This document shows, in pieces, positions 36,001 through 49,011 of a stretch of 64,000 nt of DNA. The notes beneath the pieces are model-generated. The model ran no database searches, was not told the origin of the DNA, and saw nothing but the letters and a program-made list of their open reading frames with translations. The position numbers were made by a program, and so were the translations under genes. Source of the DNA: Tricharina praecox (Eukaryota); NCBI RefSeq assembly GCF_024521635.1, contig NW_026250405.1:992001-1056000 (forward strand), read 5' to 3'. The stretch's first letter is position 1. Each line of letters starts with the position of its first letter.

Positions 36001-37784
36001 CACGGGGAATACGTCTACGTTCCGGATGTTTAAATAGCTCATGCTGCTCGGTCACTCCGTGTGGTTTGATGTCGGCTCAAAATGGGAGAGGGAATATTCG
36101 CTGCAAGATCGCTGACTGCTTCCCCGGAAGCCAATACAGCTATCTGTGGGCTGTTTCTGTGATTCCGGGCACACAAAAGTTGGCGACGCACCACTTGGCC
36201 TATCCATGGAGCGCGATGAATCTAACCTGGGCTATAGCAAGAAGAGCTTGATGCTCCGTATAAGACGCAAGTACCCGCCCCAGGCTGCAGCTATAGTATA
36301 TCTCCTGCACGCTCGGTAGGTTGAAAAGCTCCGCTTCATCTGTCTCTTCATTTACTTCCTATCCCACGGCTTCCCCCCTCCCGCCGTGAGATCGAGCACA
36401 TTTGAGCGGTTTTCTCGGGAAAAAAACTCGCAGATGCAACATGTTGCGGGTCTCACAGGCCGGTAATCAAACCTCCGGCTGCAGTAAGCAGACGGGAGCC
36501 CCGATGTGGACTGGAGCCATTGGTCGAGACGGAGAGGGAGGAAAGGGGGAAGGGGAGGAAAGAGGGGAGGCGAAGGGAGAGCGGGCCACCGCAGAAGGAA
36601 TATTCCAAACAGGCCAATCCCATCGTTCGAGATTCTCGACTCGTAAGGATAGGAGGGGGTTTTTTGTGCATTCGCTCACCACCCCATGCACCTGAAGATT
36701 GGTTTATGCTTTGTGTGAACTGATTGGTCTTCTACATCTTCTATGGCGACTGGATTGCGATGAACCCGCGAATATCCAGGGAGGAGTGTTCGGGCCAGAC
36801 GAATGCTATGCTCGCCCGTCCAACAGCTGCAACAGCCAGCATTCCCATCCTCATCAGCACCGCACCCCTAAGGAGCGACACAACCGCTCAATATCGATCC
36901 CTGCGAGATGATTACTCTCAACGAAGGAGGATGAAGCTACATATTCGCGTCCACGCATATTACAGACCTACAGAATGCACTTCCGGGTTGCAAACTCTCC
37001 GTTGGCCAGGACTAGAGTGGTTCTGTGAGCCTAGCCATCCTTCGCCGCCGGTGGAAGTCGTATCCGTCACAGATCGGACGTACACCGAAGACTGTGTTTG
37101 CTTTCTCGACCCGGATCAGAAGTCTCTACCAGATGCACGTTGCCGTTACCATGAACTTGGCATTTTTGATGCTGTTGCGAGAAACGATTCGCCCTTGGAG
37201 GGGGGGTGTGGCTTCTCTTTCCTTTCATTGAGGGCTCCCAGCAACTCCAGTAGCTGCAGGCAGCCGTTGGTATTATAGCCTCTGCCGAGGCACAGAGAGT
37301 TGACTCATCGGACCCAGCCTTCCTCAAGAACTCCGAACTTACATTACAAACTTACGGCCGGAAATCTTGCACTTCAAGAAAAGCAACCGCTGGTTTGCTT
37401 GCTTGGCGGGGGAAAAAGGAACCACGATGTGGCACAGACGCCGCACGGAAGGAGAAAGGAGTCTGAGTGCCTGAATGCCGGGTAGGTTGGGAATATGTAC
37501 TACCAGTATACATACAAGTGCACAGTTGGCGGAGGGAACAGAGAGGAGCATCGTCAGCCAAGGTATTTCGCGTGGTTTCGGTATCGGAACTTCTCTCGAG
37601 GGGCTTGGGTTTGGGTTTGGGAGCGCGTTTGGCCGATGCTCCTCGACGGATACTTTCGATGCTCCTGATCGTGCTCCCGACGACGGTGATACAGATATAT
37701 TCTCCGACCGTAAATATAAATACACCAAAAAACATAAATACATAATTAACACCAAGGATAAAAACGACTAAGCAAATCCATCCC

Positions 37785-40262
37785 CTATTTCAGCTCCAGA
37801 ACTACGATGGACAGTCCCGGAAGCGTGTAGGTGACTTTCTTGTTCTTGATCTGGCTACTCGTGAGCTTGAACGTCCTCGGCGAGATGGCCGTGGCGTTGT
37901 TGAGGTAGTTGAAGGCATACTCGTCGTCGTGACCGAGGATCGTGCCGTTGCCGGACGAGATCTTGGCGTCGAAAGTGAGGGTGACGGGGGATGCCGTCTT
38001 TGCTGCGTTGACGAGCTGTTTTCATGTTTGGTTAGCACTCTGCGTGGCGCGCGGGGGAGTGAGGGTGTAACTATCATACCTTGACGAAGATCTTTCCGCT
38101 CGCCAACGTGCCGGTCTGGGAGGCATCAATGCTCGCGTGCCACCAGACGGGGTTGAAGTCCCCAGCCGTGTTCTTGACCGGCAGCGTCTCGCTGCCCTTG
38201 TGGAGCGAGAACATCTGCTGCTGGTAGTAACTGGTGCTCAGCACGGTATCGTTCGGGTTCGCCGTGAACCCGATGAAGTTGGGCGTCCACTGGTAGCTGT
38301 TGAAGTTCTGGAACAGCGGCGCGTACGAGCTGAGCGTGGCCACCGAGGGATTGCGCTCCATGGCGAGGGCGAAGATCGCCTCTCCGATGGCGGCGACGGT
38401 GGTCGGGTAGCGGAAGCGGCCCTCGCCGTTGGCCCAGTCGATGCCGCCGGCGCGGTCGCGCCCGAGAACGGAGTACTCGCCCACGAAGATCTGAACACCC
38501 TCGTAGCCGGTGATCTCTTGCCAGTTGTCGAAGAAGTTGAAGTTGTCCTTGAAGAACTGCGGCGTCTCGTAGTGGTGCAAGTCCCACATGTTGCCGGACG
38601 GGATCGTAGTGTTGATGTTGGAGGGAGAGCTCTCGGTTGCTTGGGATGCGATGTAGCTGTGGGGGAAATCTCACGTCAGTACCTGAGGAGAAGAGTTCTT
38701 TGGTGAAGGTTCCTCTGTAGGTACTTACATGATATCCGGGTATACCGCCTTCAGACTGTCCAAGAACATCGGGAAGCGCCAGTAGTAGCTGTCGGAGAAC
38801 CAATCCTCGTTGCCGATCTCAACGTACTTGATGTTGAACGGCTCCGGATGGCCGTGCTCGGCGCGGAGAGCTCCCCATTTGGTGTCGACGCCGCCCATGG
38901 CGTACTCAAGTTGCTCGATCGCCTCATCGATGTAGAACTGCAGCTCATCTTTGGGTACGGTGTTGGCGGGTTGGACATCGGCGACGTCGAGAGAGTATCC
39001 GGCCTGCAGTCATGGGATGAGTCAGTCAAATTTAAACCACCAGCCCTTTGATGAGGTATGTACGTACGTAGACAGTCAACAATGGCTCCATGCTCATGTC
39101 CTCACACCACTCCAGGAACTCGAGATATCCGAGACCATCGGTGTTGTAGTAAGACCAGTCCGCCGGTCTGCCGGGACGGTCGATCAGCGGGCCGATGTTC
39201 TTCTTCCACTGCCACCTGGTATCGATGCTGAGTCCCTCGAGGTTGTTGCCTCCGGGGAACCGCAAGAATTTGGGCTTGAGAGCAGCAAGGTTCTCGGCCA
39301 AGTCCTTACGCAGGCCATTGGGTCGGTCCTTGTATGTGGGAGGGAACAGCGAAACCAAATCGAAGAAGAACGTGTTTCCGGCAACCTCGGCACCATCGAA
39401 GGTGATGGCGAAGGTGTTGTTGCTGTTGGGGGCGGCCTTGGACGGGGTCAATGTGGTCTTGAACTGCGTGTAGTTGCTCGTGCTGAGCGGGCCGTCGACT
39501 TCCAGCGTCTCCTGGGCAAAGACCTCGCCGGTGCTGTTGGAGCGGATCGAAGCATAAATCTTCGTGACCTTGTCGGTGTAGAGGGCGTCGTTCGGCTTGA
39601 TGTAGAAAGACGCAGCATAGGGATGTCTATATCAATGTTAGCCGGAATTGATCCTCCAGAATTAATGTAGGGCTGTGCATACGGCTGTACATCCATTCCC
39701 CACCATCCCTCGTTCAAGAATCCGATCTCCCCTGTCGCGTCCGTGGGGATATCAACCCTCAATACGGTCCGCAGAGCGTCGGAGAGCGGGTTCAGGACGT
39801 CAAGAGACAGTACGGCACCGCCGATTGGCTTCCATGCCGTGAGCGTAGGGCCCCACGGCACCTGCTCGTTCTCGGACCACACGATCCGCGCTCCCCTCAT
39901 GTTGCTCGGGCGGCCAAAAGCGACGTCGGAGCCCTGGAATGCCCGGTTGCGGATCAACTCGGCGTAGATTCCTCCATCGCCGGAGTGCTGTTTTCCTCTC
40001 CGTTAGCATTGTGTTTCTTCGGATGAGCGGGGACGGTATGTACATTGATGTCCTCAAAGAAGAGACCATGGAGATACGGCGCGGTCTTGTTCCTGGTTCC
40101 GGACTTGGTCGTGATCTCCAAGTTTATACCGGAGGGCGTGGCACTGGCGACCGCGGAGGATGACCGAGTGGTTGCAGAGACAACAGAGGACGACCGAGTC
40201 GATTGAGCTGATGCCGTAAAGGCGAGACACAAGATCCCAATAGCTGCGAATAGTTGTACCAT
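37785..40262 (-). CDS. Secreted GH51 alpha-L-arabinofuranosidase, multi-exon
   Basis: Signal peptide [72 protein letters not shown] and SYAPLF. The C-terminal strand [12 protein letters not shown] ends at the TAG at 37785. Several GT-AG introns restore the frame. Confidence 0.95.
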
Positions 40263-43200
40263 GGTTGCTGCTGTACCGAGGGATGGTAAACAGTCCAGAT
40301 GGAAGCTCCCATGCCGAAGACTTTATAGTCGGCCAAACACGTATGAGAAACTCCGATCCGGGGAGAGAAGATTATCCCCCGAACAATGATGCACTTGCCT
40401 CTGCCCTTTTTTTCCTTTTCTCCATGTGGTTTCGCTACTTGCATATGGACCGGCTGGTGAACCGGTTATTGATCCTTTCACAATCAATATGCGGGTATGC
40501 AAGTAGGTATTCAGCATGCTGCCGCCTTCCATTCTCTCCCATCACGATGTATATGTCTAAGGGTAAATTGGCGCACTGTAAATTTTTAATTTTTTTTGAT
40601 TCTGCCGTTGAATTGACTCGGGAATAGCCGTTCGTGCAGTACAGTTCCTGCAGCTCGCAGATGAATGGAGTATTATATCCGGGTAGACAGCGATTGAATC
40701 CAGGCGTCGTTTAAACGCGGAGAGCAGGCATCAAGGATTCGAAGGTTAGGATTTAGCCGTAATGCGGAGTACATACGACACGATAGCCGATCAAGAACAC
40801 AGACCAGTCGATCCTGCGGGGAAAGCTTGAGCAGGATTCCTGGGGCATGCTTGGAAGCCGATTTATCCGGAGCGTGGGATAACTCGGGGCCCCGCAAACT
40901 GTGATTTCCGGCTCTATGTTGGCGATGGATGACAAAAGCCGACGGCATCCACAGCGATTGAAGACGGCAGCCTTGGCCGCAGGCCCTAAAAGCAATTTCC
41001 TCGTGAAGCCAAGGGGGCAGCTCCGTCTTCTACGTCCAGTTCGGAACAATGTACAACCGAGGACCGCAGAAAGATGATTCGCCAAGTGTGCTACCGCCGA
41101 GAGGTGGATCCCTACGGACGGCCTGACAAGGCCCCTACCATGCCAATTGTTCTTCCCGGGGAACCATCAGACCGAGACACGCGGATCACGAAGTGACGAC
41201 ACGGCGGACTACCGTATCCGAGGTCGAATATGGCGAAGCAACATACCACACATCGAACGGAGTTTCGGCTCTTTTGAAATAGCCGGAATACTACGCGATT
41301 GACTCAATTATTACATACGACCGGGCATCGCTGCGGGGCTGAGAACGGATCCAAAGCCTGTCGACTTTCTGATAGCATCGGTGTGGCCGTATGCGAGTCC
41401 TTCGATAGTATCTAGCCATCTACAAATGTTTCATCAGCTCATTGTTTCCACCACAATTATCCACCAATGCGATGCTCCACGTTACTTCCACGAGGTTGTC
41501 ATCTATCCCAACGGCGTCTCGTGGAAAAGCGGGAACACCAACAAGTTTCCTGACCGGAATATACCGTCGGCTTACTATAATTGACGAGCTAGCTCTGATT
41601 GGAGAATAGGTACAAATTGGCACGCACGCCCAACCCGTCAATGCATATCGGGTGAATTGTGCGGGATCATGATTGCCATCATAGTGATCACCAGAGGGTA
41701 CGGAGCACACAGTCCTGCCTTTTCCCGGTGGTTGCTATTGCAGCAGCTCAATATGCGCGTGAGCCGCAATGAACCACCATTGCAATATTTGGCGAGTCGT
41801 TGGCAATTTCACACCTAAACATGACCAGATACAACACCAATAACAACAATCTAACACATTCACAACTTCCAAACACAGAGAAATAAATAGAGCGAATCTT
41901 CTATATTGTAGAGTAGGTATCAAACAATAAGGATAAATTCAGATCCGAGTCCTCAAGATCGACAGTATAGTGAAGTTGGCTGACTCCCGCGCGATAGAAG
42001 ACAGGCCATGCACGGCCGGGGGCACTTCTCGCTTCCCAAGGATTAACAGAGCATTTGCGGGCTCCGCAGTTTTATCCAGGGACGAAGAAAACTCGAGAAA
42101 TCGCGAAGCCGAGCGGATAAAAGCATGTTCCACCTCGTCCGACACTATCTCGAGATGAAATCCTAACGCCCAGCCGACACATGTTTCTCACGCCTCTGCG
42201 ACTCGTGTTTTCTTGGAGTTGAGATATAGACCATGGCATGAGGTGATTGTTTTAACCGCAGTGGACGCCCCGTTCGAAGCCTCCGGTCTATCCATAGCTT
42301 AAGTGCCGCCATGCGTTTAAGTAAGAGATACACTCCTTCCTGTTCCTGAACCACTCCAATCGACATACGGCCCATACGGCAGTTCTAACAGAATACTGGA
42401 GTGGATACCTACGCCGACATAGTTGCCGGTATTTTTTTAGCGGGCTCGCCACCTCCCTCAAGAAGTTTTTGGCTTCCCGAAGGCTGATGATTGTACGTTT
42501 CAGAGGCTGCGGTCCGCTTTCGTTTGCTCCGAAAAGGCCGCGCTGGGTCGTGCTATTACCCATATCATCGGGATAATTCTGCGTCCCATCACGGATGCCA
42601 TCGGAGGAGTGCAGACGCTGTGCAGAGGTAGACAGACCGTGGTTAAGATATTGAAGAAAGCTGTTTGTTTGCCCCCTAGGAATGGATAATCAGAGTTGCT
42701 ATCGACGCAGATCTCTTATTTGATCAGGACATCAGCTGGCGCATCTTCTAAACACAGAATTCCGCATTGCAGTCGGGAAATCTAGCTTGCGGTTCTTTGG
42801 ATACTGGAGAAGAAAGGAGAAGTAGTCGATATCCTTTCGTCTTGTCACCACGGTCATCCTCGTGGGATTGAGTGCTGAGCGGCGAGTGATAATCACAGCA
42901 TATCACTCAAGATGCGCGAGTGATGACACATGGATAGTACTAAAGAAAGCTCCAAAACAATGGAACTGCAATAAAAATCTTCCATGATTCACAAGATAGG
43001 AATCGGAAACTTCGTTTGGATATCAAATCGAAGCAGCCAAGAGTAGATGCTTGCTCAGATATCCCTAGGAGTTTTGCAGGCAGCTCTTTTGCCATAACAA
43101 CCCTCCAAGCCAGAGGCGGGATCGAGAGGAGAGCACACATAGAAGAAAGAGGAGATAGACGTTGATCGCCTATTCCGTATAGGATGGCCAAGAAAAAAAT

Positions 43201-45160
43201 GAGATGAAGAAGAAGAAACCCCGGGGGACCCAGCTTAATTTCCCCTCCTCCCCACTTGGTCGACCCCGCCATGCCCACCAACGTTGATGTCCGCTACTAA
43301 CCACATTCGTTCTCTCCCGCCGACATGAGTTCTCCTCACTTCCTCCTCTCTCCAACAGCTCCTCGATCACTCCGCCAAAGGATTATTCGGAGTTTTTCGA
43401 TGATGGAGAACTCGATTCGGCGGTTCAGCTCGTCTTTCGAGTGCGACTGCAGCGCATTACGCGGTTAATGCACTTGTGAGGGACAAAACTGAAAGATATG
43501 GATCGTTATTATTCGTTGCCCGAGGTGATCCCTTTGGATCTGGCCGATTCACTGCAACCGCAGCCGCGCATGTTTTCGTCCAACTTGGGCCGAATGCATG
43601 ATCACACGCATGCCTTTGGAGAACCCAAAATCGGTGGTGTGCCGTCTAGCTTTCCTCCCTATGATACCCCTCAACACCGCGCTTCAGGAATACTTAACAT
43701 GGAATGCTTCGACATAGAATAGGTGCATATGTCTTCACGCGCACGACGTTCCCCGTCCCTCGCCGCCGCAGCCTCACATAGTTTCCAAGAAACTCCACAG
43801 AACCATGCGTCGACCCAATTGGGGAAGAAAAGACCGGAAATCCCCAGCTACCATAACCAAAAATGGCCGAATGCAATGACGAAACGAAGAAAAAAATGTA
43901 AATCCTTCATATCGTATCACCCCACGACCTCAGCGTATCCACATTCACATGCAATCCCCTCACGTACGGCACCGGAACTCCGGTGTCCTCATGCACAACC
44001 ATCACACATTTTCGCTTGCACTACGTACGTGGGCCCGAGACGCGGGGCAACGTGGCCGTGGCCGCGGGCGGGCGTGGAGACGTTGGAAATGCAGTAAATG
44101 CTCTAGTATCTAGTGCACAGATTTCTACATATATGTATTGTACATAAAGATGGGCCGATAGTGGGGGCTCCTGCTAATTGCAGCATTGGAAGCTGAATCC
44201 CATCTGAAGCCATGCACCTAGACCAGAGTGGATCTGATACCAAGGTTTTGAGCCGCTTTTTCTCCACCATGCAGACTTTTTTTGGGCGGAAATGAACTCA
44301 ATTGGATGTCTATATTTCACTCGCTGTCGTCCAATAGTCTTGGCTTTCCGATATTCCCCCTGGGTGTGGAGAAAGACACTGGGTTTATGGAAGGACGGGA
44401 CGGCGGACGTTCGAACTCGAGAAAATCATGCCGGTCACTCGCTTGGCAGTGACTACCTGGTGGTCTGCTCCGAAAGTTTACAGCGGGTGATTTACGCTGG
44501 GTACATGCGTACAGTAGATCGCTGGTACATAAATCACAGAATACTGTTGTTTGCCACCTCTATGAGAGGATCGATATGTAGGATAAATAGGGGAGGAGAT
44601 CAGGAGCGATGGATGAGATTAGATAAGGAGGAGTGGTCGGCCGGATCGGGTGGATCTGAATGGTGGCGGTAACCGGATCGAGTGACACCGAACGTTGTAG
44701 GCAGCGGAGGGGAGCCATATGAGATGGCTCTTCTAAGTTGAATAGAATCCCAACTTCTCCATCCTTCTTCATTTTCACCATTGCCTTTGCTGGGCTACGT
44801 CAAATACGGAGACGAACACAGAAAGTTCATGACAACAGGGTGACAGCCGATGCTCCCGCAATCGTCTTAGGCTTTTCGAACCTTACTTCCACCTTTCCCC
44901 TCACCACCGGTCGATCCCCCACGTGCACCACAACTCTGGTCGTCGCCGTGCGGCGTGACGCTGAGTGGCCACGCAACCTGCAGGCTGCTTGCTCTTCAAC
45001 CAAGCGGGCTCCTCCTCCCCCTCTTCCTCCGCCTTCACTTCCAGGTCTGCGGACTGCTGGCTAACCATTCTCCACAGAATTGCTAGCCGCAAGCCAACTG
45101 CAGTCTGCAGCGTCCCCAGTGCATGCCTGGGTACCCAACACCAAACTACCTAAGCTAGTA

Positions 45161-45295
45161 TACTCGCTAGTCCAACAAAGGTGGGGACAGCGGTCGGACC
45201 TCGTGTGGCTGGTGAGGCTGCTTTTGGACTAGTTTTACCAAGTTCAGCCACACGAGGTCCGACCGTTGTCCCCACCTTTGTTGGAGAAGCGAGTA
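45161..45295. mobile_element. 135-bp inverted-repeat element (MITE-like hairpin)
   Basis: Arms 45161-45211 and 45245-45295 are 51 bp with 3 mismatches, around a 33-bp spacer. Both ends are TA. Confidence 0.7.
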
Positions 45296-48200
45296 CCTAT
45301 ACACAACATACAGTAACTCAGTATCAACAGAAGCCCGGGAAACAACACTTACCCACCCACGTCATCATTGAAGGAGCCGCTGCCGAACCCACTGCACAGC
45401 TGCGATTCCGGGTCTCTCATAGCAGCGTTCGATTTCGGGGCTGGATGAACGTGGACACTGCACTTTTTTCCATGTGGGAAGCATCAACGGTAGTGACGGC
45501 GATAACGACAGGTGTGCATGTAGGTATTCTAGTATGTGCATGTCTCTCGGTTCGTTGCGCCGAACAACACTGATATATCTGATATAACTACCGCGTCGCT
45601 ATTTCCGTCCTCAACTCGGACGGCATCTTTTTTTCTCTTCACGACTCTCACGGGTCACGACACGCTGTCACGACGCCACTCAAGCACCTACCGTATGGCC
45701 CTACCGGAGTTTTGGTATCGGCGAGACCCCGCTGCGGTCGTCAGGCTGGTCTGGCCTGGGCCCTGGACCGACCTGTGCGAATACCTACATATGGGATCGC
45801 GGTATCCGGAGCTGTCGATCGCCCGCTGCAGTGGGTGATTTGAGCCTCGGAATTCCTTCTGATGGATATATCTCTACATACTCTACATGGAGCAGGGTAC
45901 TTTTCTTTCGAAACCGCACGGCGCAGTCTCCTGGCCAGTTTTTCCGGATTGACTGTTCGCCAGAGTCGCCGATCAAACGCTGTGCCGTCACCCGGGGCTG
46001 AACGTCAGCCGATACGGAAAAGCGAGCTTGAGAATCGCTAACTACTCTACAGCTACGGTGTCGGCACCAACTTACTGGTAACTTGCTGGTAATTATAGTA
46101 CATACCGGAAGAGCCCTCCATTGCGTGTCAGCCGCAGTCTAGAAGTGTATGGTGCTGCCATCTCTGGAGACGAACCTTCCTTGTGTGACCCGCTCGACCT
46201 GGAGGCTGGCTGCCCAGTGCCCAGTGCCCAGTCCGTTTCGACGGGATATACCCAGGACAACATACCTCTCCGCAAAGCATTCGCATCGAAAACCCGGCAT
46301 CCGTAACAGGCTGGATATACCTACCCCACAGAAAGGAGGAGGGTTGCAGAGTGCCGAAACAAGAAGTGGAGGAAGCGTTGAGTGTTGGAGAGATATGTAC
46401 TCGGCCGTATTTTCCTCACCTGTGGTTCAGGTTTGTCGGTGTATCGATTGTATGCTATCAACGGACCTTCCGAGACTCTACTTTACAGTCGCCGAATCCC
46501 CACAACGTCCTCATCCCGGAATGATTACTAACTACTGACTCTAGAGAGAACGCAGGCATGTCAGCCCAGCAGCGAAAACCTAGTAGCGCCTCGACATTCG
46601 GCATCCCGACACCTTCGACAAGCCGTCAGCATGCGTGCAGCGTGCTCTCCAGACTCCCGAGTCCAGAGTCCACTTCCGAAACACAGGATCCCACAACCGT
46701 TTACGGTGTAGCATGTGCAGTCAGCCCAACCGCAGAACCGGGAGGCTTCGGCGAGCAGTGGCAGCGAATCGAATCGGTACATATCCGGCAGCTTTCATCG
46801 GAAGTTTAAGGTTGCTCCGCAAGCCACCCAGCCCGTTTTTTTTCTTGGCGTTGGCCGGTGGCCACTTTCGCCTCCCCCACCCTGCAACCCCCACGGATTC
46901 CCGCCCCGTTACCCACTCACGACGGTCAGCGGGAAGCCGCCTGTGGGGATCAACATTCCGGGCGGTACTCTACATATGTAGAGTATTGTACACGGAGTGC
47001 CAAGCGGTGCGGTCATTGTCGCGATACGTCGGAATGGAGGCATACACAGTGCACACATACTCTAGGACTCGAGGAATCTGGGTGGATTAACTGGTACGCG
47101 GTGCGGTCTTTGGCGGCATGGAAGGGTGTGATGGAGGGCCACGACGACACGTACTCTATGAGTCCCCACACTAATGTGGTCATGCAGGTGCGACGGGGAC
47201 TGAGCAGTGAGCAGTGAGGATAGGCAATCGTAATTCCATGGTCTAAGGATGTCGAACGATGTAGTGATGGCTGAACAAGACAACTGAAAAGAAAGAAGAA
47301 AAAAAAACAGAAAAAAACAGGATAAGTCATGCACCATCACCACCACCGCGCGCGAAAAGAAGGACCGAATTGGATAGATTAGGGAGATCAGAGTGATCGT
47401 CGGTGATTGTCATGCACGAACGGAAAGAGTCGTGCATCACCCCCGCTAGAGTAATCACCAATGACCGTCAATGTGCTGTCGCAGGCTTTGCAGAATCAAT
47501 CCCTCGAACCCCACGGGCAGTCTACCTATCGTTTGCTCACGAAAATATCTAATTGATCCACTCTTTCCTCTCTACTTACTCTGATATCAGTTCATCTCTA
47601 GGTATTCTATCTACTCGTAGTAGTGAAGGCGTAGGTACCGTACCTATTCAAGCTTATGTCACCGTTGCATCAAACACGCCACCCAGCACTCCGGCGCTTC
47701 AACAGGGTGCATCGCACACCCTTAAAGTACACCCGGGTACCGGTACTCTAGAGTACATACATGCAACTCGTGAGATTCCAGACGCCAGAGTTCTTTTAGC
47801 GCAATCACATTTCTGGGAATGCGCATCTTTCCTCCCAGTGGAGATTCTGGATAGAAAACTCCTGCTTACGGAAAGGCTTCGGGCCCAGTAAAAGACTGCA
47901 TATGTATCCCGATACTTTACTAAAGTACCTAGATGGCTGACATACTTGGGTACCTTCGCGCCCGACAGGTTGAGTGGCGGGATTCGGAGAGGAGTGGCGC
48001 GGTGGAATATGGTTGAGGTGGTGATGACGGTCTTCGTTTATATGAGGATACCTTTCTTCAAGCGAGCATTGCTTTTGCCATGGGGGCGTCGGCTGGGACG
48101 CATCGGTGACGTGACTGGCACTTCTTGGCTTGTTTGTATTGGTGGGTAGTGGGTGCTCCATTGAGAGAGGTACAGGAAGGAGCTGACAAACAAAACGGAG

Positions 48201-49011
48201 ACAAAGACTCTGCTGCTGCTGCGTGGGATCTGTCAAAGAGGAGGAGTAGGAGGAGGAGGAACGGACGAGGCGTCTGTAGGAGACCCCTCACACCGAAAGA
48301 GAGAGCTTGCGTCTGCTCGTGGTGAGCATAACTTTTCGAGAATGCAGCTAATTCTTTGGCTCCAACGCCTTTCCTGATGCGGTAGATTCGCACCGGAGAA
48401 TTTCCACTTCGAGCGACGATGTGAGCGTCTCAGAAATTCTTTCGTGCTAAAGAGAAGTGCGAAAAGTTTTATGCACATGTACCACGAGCACTCTGAATGG
48501 GTAGCGTGAGTGTGCACTGGTTCTAGAGTAACTACTCTAGAGGACTCTTCAGAGAGAACAGCCGAGCCGACGAACCCATCACCAGATCCCCAACTTTACT
48601 TGCTCTCTCTCGCTCAAACCCCCCAACCATCACCGCTGCCCACCACCTTACCACCACCACCACCACCACAGCCATAGTCGCTACCCACAAACCACCACCA
48701 CTCGCGAAACCCCATCCACCCTCATCAACCTACCCGAACACACACAACAACCCCCCTCCCCCCACCATCACCTGCCGACACAACACATCCCCTCTTCGAT
48801 ACACCCTTCATCCCTTGCGACGATTAGTTAGCTTAAACGCGACTAAGTCAACTCTGCCGCTGCCCCGCCATCCCCTGCCCCCTTCGACCCGCGCTCGACC
48901 TTTCCCCACGTCCCACAAACCCACGCGAACCCGCGATCGCGACAGACGACCAACTCGAGGCTACCGCTCACAATCAATCATCCCGGATCCTCACATCAAA
49001 GCAGAGTAGTC

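Noticed and set aside
36724..37278. 184-aa plus-strand ORF
   Set aside because: No domain or codon-bias evidence, and a weak start.
41939..42700. Chain of short minus-strand ORFs with a possible splice acceptor
   Set aside because: No coherent gene model or recognisable homology could be built.
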